From NCBI GenBank assembly GCA_026129095.1, contig JAHCIT010000001.1:372245-436244 (forward strand): a stretch of 64,000 nucleotides of DNA, read 5' to 3'. Position 1 is the stretch's first letter. Every line of letters starts with the position of its first letter. This document shows positions 19,908 to 28,851 of the stretch, in pieces. The translations under genes and the position numbers were made by a program. The notes under the pieces were generated by a model. That model had not been told where the DNA came from and did not search any database. It was given only the letters and a program-made list of their open reading frames with translations. The stretch is from Deltaproteobacteria bacterium (GTDB taxonomy: Bacteria; JAGRBM01; JAHCIT01).

Positions 19908-20714
19908 GTGCCAGCTGCCTCCACACGCAAGCCTGCCCGCCGGATGGCAGAGATACCACCAGCGGTCCTGCGCCAGCTCAACGCAGGGACAACTGAATCG
20001 CTAAACCTGGTCGAATGGCTTGCCGTTGACATCGAAAAGCTGGCAAAGGCCGCCGGATATTCTGCCGGGCTGGACGGAGCCGAGCTGGCCACCCATGCCC
20101 GAAAGCTCCGTGGCCTCGGGGTCATGCAAAGAACCGGGGGCATGGGTGCGGCACTTCACCAGTTGCTCGAAAATGACCAGCGGCGGGAGAAAACACTCGG
20201 CAAGCTGGCCTCGCATATGTCTGATTCGGTCCGGACGTGGGCCTGCTACGCGCTGGTAGCTCACTCGGAGCTTCCCCTGGAAACGCGCCTTGAGCTTGTG
20301 CGCCCCTTCGCCGCTGATTCGCACATGGGGGTGCGGGAAATCGCCTGGATGGCCGTCCGGCCCCATTTGGCAATGGATCTGGAGCTTGCGTTCAGGCTTC
20401 TTGTGCCATGGACAACCGAAGATGATCCTAACCTGAGGCGATTTGCCTCCGAGGCCACCCGCCCACGCGGCGTCTGGTGCTCCCATATCAGCGAGCTGAA
20501 AAATGATCCTGAACCGGGCCTCGCCATTCTGGAGCCGCTCCGGAGCGATCCCCACATCTACGTGCGCCGATCGGTAGCCAACTGGCTCAATGATGCCAGC
20601 AAAACCCGCCCGGACTGGGTGAGAAAGATCACCGCCCGGTGGCTCAGGGAATCAAAAACCAGAGAAACCGCCTGGACCGTCAATCACGCCACCCGGACAC
20701 TGCGGAAAGGATAA
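19908..20714 (+). CDS. DNA alkylation repair protein, AlkC/YhaZ-like HEAT-repeat glycosylase
   Basis: RRFASEATRPRGVW, YVRRSVANWLNDASK. Confidence 0.85.
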   Translation: MPAASTRKPARRMAEIPPAVLRQLNAGTTESLNLVEWLAVDIEKLAKAAGYSAGLDGAELATHARKLRGLGVMQRTGGMGAALHQLLENDQRREKTLGKLASHMSDSVRTWACYALVAHSELPLETRLELVRPFAADSHMGVREIAWMAVRPHLAMDLELAFRLLVPWTTEDDPNLRRFASEATRPRGVWCSHISELKNDPEPGLAILEPLRSDPHIYVRRSVANWLNDASKTRPDWVRKITARWLRESKTRETAWTVNHATRTLRKG

Positions 20715-21095
20715 ACAGTGGTGACGATCACTCCCGCATTCCATTCCGGCATCTGTCTTAATACCTGTGGAAACAGATACCTTCCTGTTTTCACGCGGAA
20801 AAACAGAAGCGGGTACGCTGCCGGATTTTCCCGTTAAGCCCCCGTGCTTTACGGGCATAACCTGGAACTACATATTCAGTTTCAGCAACTTGTCTCGCCC
20901 GAAAAGCACCTTAGAGACATTCCCGGGAAAGCGCGGTTTTGCCGGAAGGAACAGGCCAAGATGGGTCAGGATGATCCTTCCTGGGCCAAAATGGATCACG
21001 TCCTTGAATCGTCCGAAAAACACCGGCATTAATCGCAACAGATCACGAGTGCGCCCTGAATGAATGGCCGTGCGACGGGCACAACCCGCCTGCTG

Positions 21096-22067
21096 CTAAC
21101 CACCAACCGTAAACAGCCAAGCAATATAAGTTGCATAGATCGCGAGGAACCCTGTGCCCGTCGCACGGCCTAGATGCCGGATCCGGAAGATAAACGGCCC
21201 CAAGACTGCGGTGACAGCGAGCATGGCCCACATGTCGAACCGGATAAAACCTTCGGAAACCGGAATAGAGCCGAACAGTGACGCCGCGCCCGGTATAAAC
21301 AGCGTATTCAGGATGTTCGCACCAATCACGTTGGCTACAGCCAGCTCATGGCTTTTCTTGAGTGACGAGGCGATGGCTGTGGCGATTTCTGGCGCTGACG
21401 TCCCGACCGCCACGATCGTCAGGCCGATTACCCGCTCACTGACGCCCAGGAACCCGGCGATGCTTACCGCACCGGTGATGAGGAGCCGTGCTCCAATGCC
21501 AAGCGACAGAAGACACAGGACAAGCACTCCGATGAGATACCATCCGGGCTTGTGGCGGAGCTCATCCGCATGCTCGGGCACCGTTTCGGCCAGTTCCCGG
21601 CGTTCTTCGCGGGAGGACTGCATCCGGGCGGTCCAGACAGACCAGCCAAGATAGGCGACCACTGCCAGCAGCATGAACAGGCCTTCTAGCCGGTCAATAC
21701 GGCCATCACGTGCCAGAAGCAGCATCACGCATCCGGCCAGAAAGCAGAACGGATAGTCGATCCGCACGGCATGGGCGGTAATGGGAATGGTGGCGATTAC
21801 CGCCGCCGCCCCCAGCACCAGAGTGAGATTGGTCAGGTTGGACCCCACGACGTTGCCAAGTGCAATGTCGGGCGAACCCTCAATGGCGGCCACGACCGAA
21901 ACGACAAGTTCCGGAAACGTCGTCCCGGCCGAGACAATGGTCAGGCCAATCACGGCCTTTGTTACGTGGGCCTTTTCGGCCAGCGCCGAGGCAAAATCGA
22001 CCAGTTTGTCGCCGCCCACCGTCAGGATGAGCAGTCCGCCCGCAACGAGGAGGAGATCCAGCAGCAT
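21096..22067 (-). CDS. Calcium/sodium antiporter, YrbG-like CaCA family
   Basis: Two alpha repeats: GTTFPE...GNVVGSN and GTSAPE...ANVIGAN. Confidence 0.92.
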   Translation of the reverse strand: MLLDLLLVAGGLLILTVGGDKLVDFASALAEKAHVTKAVIGLTIVSAGTTFPELVVSVVAAIEGSPDIALGNVVGSNLTNLTLVLGAAAVIATIPITAHAVRIDYPFCFLAGCVMLLLARDGRIDRLEGLFMLLAVVAYLGWSVWTARMQSSREERRELAETVPEHADELRHKPGWYLIGVLVLCLLSLGIGARLLITGAVSIAGFLGVSERVIGLTIVAVGTSAPEIATAIASSLKKSHELAVANVIGANILNTLFIPGAASLFGSIPVSEGFIRFDMWAMLAVTAVLGPFIFRIRHLGRATGTGFLAIYATYIAWLFTVGG

Positions 22068-22071
22068 GTGC

Positions 22072-23229
22072 TCAGCCGCCTTTCACCACTCCGTCCATCA
22101 GGTCGAAGAACCGGGAAATGTCGTCCGCCGTATTGTAGAAATGGGGGGAAACCCGCACGGCACCGCGCCGGAACGCGAGATCGGAACCGGACTGCTTGAG
22201 TTTCTTCACAACAGAGGAGCCGTCGAAGTCGCCGGTAAAGCAGGTAATGGCGACATCCAGGCCGGTCCCACGGAAATTCACCACCTCCCAGCCCCGGCGA
22301 CGGACCGCTTCGCGAACCAGGGCGGCATTGGCGAGCGCCATCCGCTCGATACGGTCAATACCGATTTCGGCCAGTTTCTCCAGTGCAGCCCCCAGCGGGA
22401 AAATTGTCAGCTGCGGAAGCGACCCCTCCTCGAACCGGCGCGCATGCGCGGGCAGGTCGAATTCGTAGGTATCGAAATCCTTGTTCTTCACCACCGAATT
22501 CCAGCCTACCAGCGGCGGCCGGAGCTGGCCGATGAGGTTTTTCTTAACGTAGAAAACGCCGGTCCCCTCAAACGAGCAGAGCCATTTGTGCCCGTCGGCG
22601 GCGAGAAAATCGATCCCCATCCGCACGACGTCGACCGGATGTACGCCAAGCGACTGGATCGCGTCCACACAGAGGAGCGCGCCTCTCGCATGCACGGCAT
22701 CGGCAAGCATGCCGAGATCGAAACGGAATCCGGTGGAAAACTCGACATGGGAAACCGACACGAGACGTGTCCGGCTGTCGATGGCGGCGATCAGGTCTTC
22801 GGTCCTGAACTCGCCATCCCGGGCCGGGACCAGCCTGGTGGAAACGCCCCGGTGCTTGAGGTTCAGCCACGGGTAGACATTAGAGGGATACTCGACGGCA
22901 GTCGTCACGATATTGTCTCCCTCGCGCCAGTCGAGTCCCTCGGCGACGAGCGAAAGTCCGTGCGAGGTGTTACGGACAAAGGCCACCTCCTCCGGCTGGG
23001 CCCCCATGAACCAGGCGGCGAGCCCCCGGATCTTCTCGATCCTGGCCTCCCACTGGGCGTAGTTCTGCTGGGCCGTACGGGTGGCCTCCGCGGCGAAATG
23101 GGCGGCGGCCAGCATCGCGCTGGTCATCACCGGGGCGATACCCGCATGATTGAGATGCAGGATTTTCTGGAGGACCGGAAACTCGGTCTTCCGGAACTCA
23201 TCGAGCTGGTCGGGCGGCATGACGGACAT
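22072..23229 (-). CDS. Class V PLP-dependent aminotransferase / C-S lyase-like enzyme
   Basis: LNHAG, NTSHG, EYPSN, DAIQ, DGHKWL (PLP lysine), RVSPHFYN. Confidence 0.88.
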   Translation of the reverse strand: MSVMPPDQLDEFRKTEFPVLQKILHLNHAGIAPVMTSAMLAAAHFAAEATRTAQQNYAQWEARIEKIRGLAAWFMGAQPEEVAFVRNTSHGLSLVAEGLDWREGDNIVTTAVEYPSNVYPWLNLKHRGVSTRLVPARDGEFRTEDLIAAIDSRTRLVSVSHVEFSTGFRFDLGMLADAVHARGALLCVDAIQSLGVHPVDVVRMGIDFLAADGHKWLCSFEGTGVFYVKKNLIGQLRPPLVGWNSVVKNKDFDTYEFDLPAHARRFEEGSLPQLTIFPLGAALEKLAEIGIDRIERMALANAALVREAVRRRGWEVVNFRGTGLDVAITCFTGDFDGSSVVKKLKQSGSDLAFRRGAVRVSPHFYNTADDISRFFDLMDGVVKGG

Positions 23230-23334
23230 GGGCGGTTTGACTCCCGCCCTCCGTTTGGCTTTAACCTTGGCCAGTTTCAAGGCGCGGGGTGTGCCGGTCC
23301 GAAGGCCCCCGAAGCCCGGAAACCGGAGAGTTTC

Positions 23335-23994
23335 ATGGCAGCCCGCGTTGTCCTCATTCGCCGCACCCAGCCCTCCTTCCTGGAGCGGATCTACGTGCCC
23401 GAAGTGGCTCGTGGCCTTGCGACGACATTCGGCCAGCTGGTCCGCAATCTCGTCCACACCTGGACGTCAAAACTGCCCCGCGTGCGCTCCACCCTGAATG
23501 CCGTCAGAAAGGCATTGGCGCCGGTGCCGGGCCTGGGTGCGATCGTGCGAGGGCTGCTGCCTGGAGAGCGGGACGGCATCGTCACGGTGGACTACCCGAA
23601 CGAGCAGATCTGGCAGCCGCCCTATTACCGGGCTGCCCACCGGCTGATGCAGCACGAAGACGGGCGGACCCGCTGCACCGCTTGCATGCTGTGCGCCACC
23701 AACTGCCCGGCTCACTGCATCCATATCGAGGCCCAGGAAGTCGAAGACCCGGCGGTGGAAAAGGCTCCCCGCCGCTATGATATCGACATACTGCGCTGCG
23801 TATTCTGCGGTTTCTGCGTGGAGGCATGCCCCTGCGATGCCATCCGGATGGACTCCGGAATTGTAGATGACGTGCAGTACGGCCGGACGGTTCTCGACAT
23901 CAACTTCCTCATGAAGCGGGGCGCCAAGGTGACTCACCCGAGCGACCACCGCCACGACCGGCGCGAGTTTTTCAACGGCCTGCCGGGACACTGA
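23335..23994 (+). CDS. nuoI: NADH-quinone oxidoreductase subunit I
   Basis: ERIYVPE, TVDYP, HRL, two 4Fe-4S motifs CTACMLCATNCP and CVFCGFCVEACP. The true start is within the 21781 ORF. Confidence 0.85.
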   Translation: MAARVVLIRRTQPSFLERIYVPEVARGLATTFGQLVRNLVHTWTSKLPRVRSTLNAVRKALAPVPGLGAIVRGLLPGERDGIVTVDYPNEQIWQPPYYRAAHRLMQHEDGRTRCTACMLCATNCPAHCIHIEAQEVEDPAVEKAPRRYDIDILRCVFCGFCVEACPCDAIRMDSGIVDDVQYGRTVLDINFLMKRGAKVTHPSDHRHDRREFFNGLPGH

Positions 23995-24018
23995 TATCCG
24001 CCGCCCAATAACGGGTGT

Positions 24019-25458
24019 CTAGTGCTCAAGCTCACCGGAATCGTGGTCGGTTCCGGCACCGGGGGGCGGGTGAATACCGCGTTTCTTGAGTTTTTCAATC
24101 AGCGTGGTCCGCTTGATCCGAAGCAAGGCGGCAGCACGGTTCTTGTTCCAGCCGGTCCGGTCCAGAGCCGACAGGATCAGCCGGTCCTCAAAATCCTCGA
24201 TGGTCCGCTTGAGGTCCAGCCCGCCTTGCGGCAGCGCCATCGCCGGCGAGCGGACCACGGCCGCCTCTCCGCCAAACAGCTTTTCAGGGAGATCGGCCAG
24301 ATCAATCACGCCTTCGCCCTTCAGGACGACCGTACGCTCCATGAGGTTTTCAAGTTCCCGCACGTTTCCGGGCCAGCTGTAATCGGTCAGCGCGGCCATG
24401 GCTCCGCTGGTAATTCCCCGGATCGGCATGTTTTTCTCGCGGACAAACCGGTCAATAAAATACTTGGCCAGCAGCGGGATATCGTCGCGGCGTTCTCTTA
24501 AAGGCGGAATCTGGATGGGAATCACATTCAGCCGGTAATAAAGATCCTCTCGGAACCTGTCCTCACGGATCAGTTTTGAGAGATCCTGGTTCGTCGCTGC
24601 AATGACACGTACATCCACTTTCAGGGTTTTTTCCGAGCCAATCGGCGTGACTTCCTTTTCCTGAAGAACACGCAGGAGCTTCACCTGGAGATTCGGGCTC
24701 ATCTCGCCCACTTCATCCAGAAACAGCGTGCCGCCGTGGGCCGACACAAACCGGCCGGTACGGTTGGCAATGGCCCCGGTGAAGCTGCCCCGGGTATGGC
24801 CGAACAGTTCACTTTCGAGCAGGTCTTCAGGAATCGCGCCGCAGTTCACCGCCACAAGCAGCTTGTCCCGACGACGCGAAAGGTTGTGAAGTGCACGGGC
24901 AACCAGTTCCTTGCCGGTTCCCGATTCCCCCGTAATGAGCACCGTTGAGTCCGTATCGGCAACACGGCGAATGAGTGAAAATATCTTCTGCATCTTCTCG
25001 GAAGATCCAATGAAGTTTTCAAAACCGGACAACGTCTGGAGCTGCCTCTTCAGTTCCAGGTTTTCCTGCCGGAGCGCATGGTGCTCACGGGCCTTGGCAA
25101 GAAGATTCAGGAGATCGTCCAGCTGGAATGGCTTGGTGATGTAATGGAATGCGCCACTCTTCATGGCATCCACGGCACTTTCCACCGTGCCATAGCCAGT
25201 CATCACGATGACTTCCGATTCGGGGGAGAGCGTCTTGATCTCCTTGAGCAGGTCGATCCCGTCCATGTCGGGAAGTTTCACGTCAAGCAGCACCACTTCC
25301 GGACGGAGCCGGTCAATCGATTCGCGCCCTGCACGGCCGGAATCGGCAGTGGTCACCTCGAAGCCATGGCGCTGCAGTACAAGCTGCGTCGACTGCCGCA
25401 TCATCGGCTCGTCATCAACGATCAGCACACTCGGCAGGCTGGCAGTTTCCTTACTCAT
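24019..25458 (-). CDS. Sigma-54-dependent response regulator, NtrC family
   Basis: Receiver domain (VDDE, LLDVKLP), GESGTGKE, ESELFGH..GSFTGA, FLDEVGE, C-terminal Fis-type HTH. Confidence 0.93.
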   Translation of the reverse strand: MSKETASLPSVLIVDDEPMMRQSTQLVLQRHGFEVTTADSGRAGRESIDRLRPEVVLLDVKLPDMDGIDLLKEIKTLSPESEVIVMTGYGTVESAVDAMKSGAFHYITKPFQLDDLLNLLAKAREHHALRQENLELKRQLQTLSGFENFIGSSEKMQKIFSLIRRVADTDSTVLITGESGTGKELVARALHNLSRRRDKLLVAVNCGAIPEDLLESELFGHTRGSFTGAIANRTGRFVSAHGGTLFLDEVGEMSPNLQVKLLRVLQEKEVTPIGSEKTLKVDVRVIAATNQDLSKLIREDRFREDLYYRLNVIPIQIPPLRERRDDIPLLAKYFIDRFVREKNMPIRGITSGAMAALTDYSWPGNVRELENLMERTVVLKGEGVIDLADLPEKLFGGEAAVVRSPAMALPQGGLDLKRTIEDFEDRLILSALDRTGWNKNRAAALLRIKRTTLIEKLKKRGIHPPPGAGTDHDSGELEH

Positions 25459-25579
25459 GTTCCGGCACCGCGGCGGCACTGGACACTGCCTCCGCGCAAT
25501 TTCCCTTTATCATCCGGTGAAACGAGAACAGACCCCGCATGCAAGTGTAATCATTTGCCTGAAAAGGGCCAGCCCCGCA

Positions 25580-26134
25580 CTAACGGCCCTGACGATCCCG
25601 GCTGATGCCATCGCACGATGCGGCATAAGGCCCGGCCGGTATGCCCAGTTCGGCACGGCAATCACAGTTTGCCTCCAGAACCATGCGGCAGGCCTCGACA
25701 ATTCCAGGCCGGAGATCTTCCCGGACGCTACTCACATCTTTTGGCGGAAGGCTGATCCGGAATGGAGCGATGGAAATCATGGAGTCACAGGGCGACACAA
25801 ACCGCATCTGGAACTTGAGTGAATTGCTGCTGCATTCGGGACTTTCAATAAAAGCACTGATAGCAAATGCCCGGCTGCTGTCTTCGACCGGACTGAACCT
25901 GGATAACCCGCCGTCAGGAACAGCCTCGCCGCCGCAGGCGGCAATGAACCGCCCGGCTGCCCGCTGGGCCTGAATGCCGATCTCATTGCAGACGTCAATC
26001 GTGGGGCGAGTCTCGATGCGCATCCGGTTCAGCCAGATGGCAAGACCCGTGAAGAGAACAAGCAGCCCGCCGCCCACAATCATGAGCTGCTTGCCACTGA
26101 CCATTTCCGATGGTTCCGGTGCGTTCGCTGGCAT
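25580..26134 (-). CDS. Hypothetical membrane-anchored cysteine-rich protein
   Basis: One N-terminal TM helix followed by 8 Cys; sits between same-strand genes. Confidence 0.55.
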   Translation of the reverse strand: MPANAPEPSEMVSGKQLMIVGGGLLVLFTGLAIWLNRMRIETRPTIDVCNEIGIQAQRAAGRFIAACGGEAVPDGGLSRFSPVEDSSRAFAISAFIESPECSSNSLKFQMRFVSPCDSMISIAPFRISLPPKDVSSVREDLRPGIVEACRMVLEANCDCRAELGIPAGPYAASCDGISRDRQGR

Positions 26135-26201
26135 GAACGTCTATCCCTGCGCACCTGGCGCGCCGTGGTGGCTACCGGACCGGAAGCGGCTTTTCAACCA
26201 C

Positions 26202-27689
26202 CTATCTGGCTGTGTACTGCAACGGGTTGTCGAGAATATCCAGGTAATGCTTTTCATCGCCCGGTTTGAAGGGGAAAGCGAGGTACTGGAAAAACGTAAT
26301 ATTGAACTTGCCCTTGGGGAAAGTCAGGAGATCCACGTCGTAGCCAACATAGTGGTAACCCTTTTCATTCTCGGGGGGGTCTTCCCGCTCGGCATCATCT
26401 TCAAACCGGAACATCATCTTCACGTTCTTTTTCTGGAGTTCCTCGTCAAAAATCAGCCGTGCGATGATTGCTGCCTCCTCGTCCGGCTTGTAGACGGCGA
26501 ACCAGGGACGGCCTTCTTTTTCGGAAGCGAGATTCACCTCTTCGGGAGTCATTTTGCCATCAATAACGAACGGCTTGGCCTGTCCAGTCGTGAATACCTG
26601 GGCACCATAAACCGATGTCCTCAAGTCCACGCCGCCACTGAACATGGAACCCTCGCGAAGCATGTATTTTGGATTGAACGGATTGAATATCTCTGTCGGA
26701 CCCTGGAGCTGATTGTCATAAAACTTGAAATAGACGATCGCCTTGGGAAAAAATGGCAGCTTGATCCCGCCAATCACGATCCAGAAGATATTGCGCCGAA
26801 TGACACGTACGGGACCGTCAATATAGCCGGCCGTAAAGCTTTTCACGTTGTTCTCGTCGAAATTGAGGGTGAAGAACATGATCGGCCGGATCGTGATCCG
26901 AAGTTTGAACCGGTCCAGCACGTTCGGCTGGGATTTACCGGTCTTCTGGTCCTTTCCGATAATCTTTTCGAGCACCAGCGGCTTGTCGTCCACGAAATCC
27001 AGAACGGCGAACTTACTCTCCACGGTATCGCTTTTGGGGTCATAGGTGATGTAGTCCGCCGGACTGAGCGGGGGAGGGGATGACGGATATGATGCCACGT
27101 ATATCCATCCGGCAGTCTTGTCGACCGGATTACGAATCGTGACTTCAACTATCTCGGCATTTTGTGGCAGTTCATCCGGACCCGCACGATCACCTGCATC
27201 CCTGGCCATGAACACCAGTTCGTCGTTGAAATCAAACTCGTCGAGTTTTTCTTTCCATGTGGCGGCACGCTTGCGGGCCTCGAATGCGGCCCGGGAAAGC
27301 TTCCCGCTGCTCACGTTCTCTTCCAGACGCTTCTCTTCGCGGCGAAACTCCTTCTCCCGGTCGCGGGCGCGCTGCTCCTCGGTCCGGGTATCCCATCCGG
27401 TTTCATCGATAACCTGTTGCGACATGGACCCGGTTGGAATCATGTAGTTGCCGTCAGGATCAAGCTTGTCGATCTGGAAGGGGATGGACTGAAGCACGCC
27501 ATCCCGCCTGGCCATTACCCGGATGGAGGCTGTCTTGCGGTCCCAGAGTTTCTGGAGCAGTTCCCCCTGGAGAACCGATGGATCGGCATGCCGGGAAAGC
27601 GTTCGCGTAGCCTGGGCGAATGCCGCCCCTGGAACAGCCAAACCGGCAGCCAACAGAACATAAAAAGCAGTTTTTGCACGCAAATGCAT
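26202..27689 (-). CDS. Exported hypothetical protein, paralogue of 9920..12070 N-terminal domain
   Basis: Signal peptide ending AFA; IPFQID, DELVFMARDAG, LDRFK, GPVRVIR motifs shared with the 9920 ORF. Confidence 0.75.
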   Translation of the reverse strand: MHLRAKTAFYVLLAAGLAVPGAAFAQATRTLSRHADPSVLQGELLQKLWDRKTASIRVMARRDGVLQSIPFQIDKLDPDGNYMIPTGSMSQQVIDETGWDTRTEEQRARDREKEFRREEKRLEENVSSGKLSRAAFEARKRAATWKEKLDEFDFNDELVFMARDAGDRAGPDELPQNAEIVEVTIRNPVDKTAGWIYVASYPSSPPPLSPADYITYDPKSDTVESKFAVLDFVDDKPLVLEKIIGKDQKTGKSQPNVLDRFKLRITIRPIMFFTLNFDENNVKSFTAGYIDGPVRVIRRNIFWIVIGGIKLPFFPKAIVYFKFYDNQLQGPTEIFNPFNPKYMLREGSMFSGGVDLRTSVYGAQVFTTGQAKPFVIDGKMTPEEVNLASEKEGRPWFAVYKPDEEAAIIARLIFDEELQKKNVKMMFRFEDDAEREDPPENEKGYHYVGYDVDLLTFPKGKFNITFFQYLAFPFKPGDEKHYLDILDNPLQYTAR

Positions 27690-27818
27690 GTAATCCACCC
27701 CGGCAATAGAACTGTCTCCTTAGCACGCCGCCTGTGTCTCTCGCCATAGGCATTGGTTCTTCCGGCCGGATACACTTCCAAGTGCTATCCGGATGAAAGG
27801 CGGTACGGCCCCGTCATT

Positions 27819-28823
27819 ATGGCGACTACCCACAAGATCGTCCTGCTCCCTGGCGACGGTATCGGACCGGAAATCACGACGGCCACCCGGCGGGTGCTGG
27901 AGGCGACAGGCCTGAAATTCGAGTTTGAGGAGTACCTCTGCGGACAGGCCGTGGCCGAACAGTACGGAACCCTGCTTCCTGACCATGTGGTTGAGGCGCT
28001 CAGGCGGGTGGGAACAGGGCTCAAGGGGCCCATCGGAACGCTGATCGGAAAGGGACTACCGTCAGCAAATGTCGCACTCCGCAAGGCTGGCGACCTCTAT
28101 GCCAACTACCGACCCTGCCGCAATCTGCCCGGGATCGTGACACCGTTCCAAGACGTTGATCTTATTATTATCCGGGAAAATACGGAGGATTTATATTCGG
28201 GTCTTGAGCATGAAGTGGCTCCAGGTGTCGTAGAGTCGATCAAGGTGATTACCGAAAAGGCGAGTACCCGCATCGCCCGGTTCGCCTTCGAGACAGCCCG
28301 CAAGCTTGGGCGTCGCAAGGTAACTGCTATTCACAAGGCCAACATCATGAAGGTTTCCGACGGGCTTTTCCTGGACTGCTTCCGCAATGTGGCAAAGGAC
28401 TACCCCGGTCTGAACGCCGAAGAGATGCTGGTGGACCACGCTTGTACCGATCTCGTCAGCTCACCACAGATGTTCGATGTCATGGTTATGGAAAACCTGT
28501 TTGGAGACATACTTTCCGACCTGTGTGCGGGCCTTGTCGGGGGACTTGGCGTCTGTCCGGCAGGCAATATCGGAGAGAAGGCCGCCGTCTTCGAACCGGT
28601 GCACGGCACAGCACCAGATATCGCGGGACAGAACAAAGCAAACCCGACCGCCATGATACTGTCAGCAGCCATGATGCTGGATCATCTGGGTGAAACTGCA
28701 GCGGCCCAGCGTGTCCGGGATGCTGTCAGCAAAACACTCTCGGCGGGGAAGATCAGGACCGGCGACCTGGGCGGTTCGGCAACCACCACCCAGTTCACGG
28801 AAGCGATCTGCGCGGCGCTTTGA
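27819..28823 (+). CDS. Isocitrate dehydrogenase (NAD+ type), isocitrate/isopropylmalate dehydrogenase family
   Basis: PGDGIGPEI, SANVALRK, RENTEDLY, HKANIMK, NLFGDILSDL, EPVHGTAPDIAG. Confidence 0.85.
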   Translation: MATTHKIVLLPGDGIGPEITTATRRVLEATGLKFEFEEYLCGQAVAEQYGTLLPDHVVEALRRVGTGLKGPIGTLIGKGLPSANVALRKAGDLYANYRPCRNLPGIVTPFQDVDLIIIRENTEDLYSGLEHEVAPGVVESIKVITEKASTRIARFAFETARKLGRRKVTAIHKANIMKVSDGLFLDCFRNVAKDYPGLNAEEMLVDHACTDLVSSPQMFDVMVMENLFGDILSDLCAGLVGGLGVCPAGNIGEKAAVFEPVHGTAPDIAGQNKANPTAMILSAAMMLDHLGETAAAQRVRDAVSKTLSAGKIRTGDLGGSATTTQFTEAICAAL

Positions 28824-28851
28824 GGCGGCATTTCGGGCCGGTCCGAGGACA

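Noticed and set aside
21781-23334. 737-aa plus-strand ORF suggesting a giant NuoI fusion
   Set aside because: The first ~518 codons are the antisense shadow of the aminotransferase and antiporter genes; NuoI similarity begins at ATG 23335.
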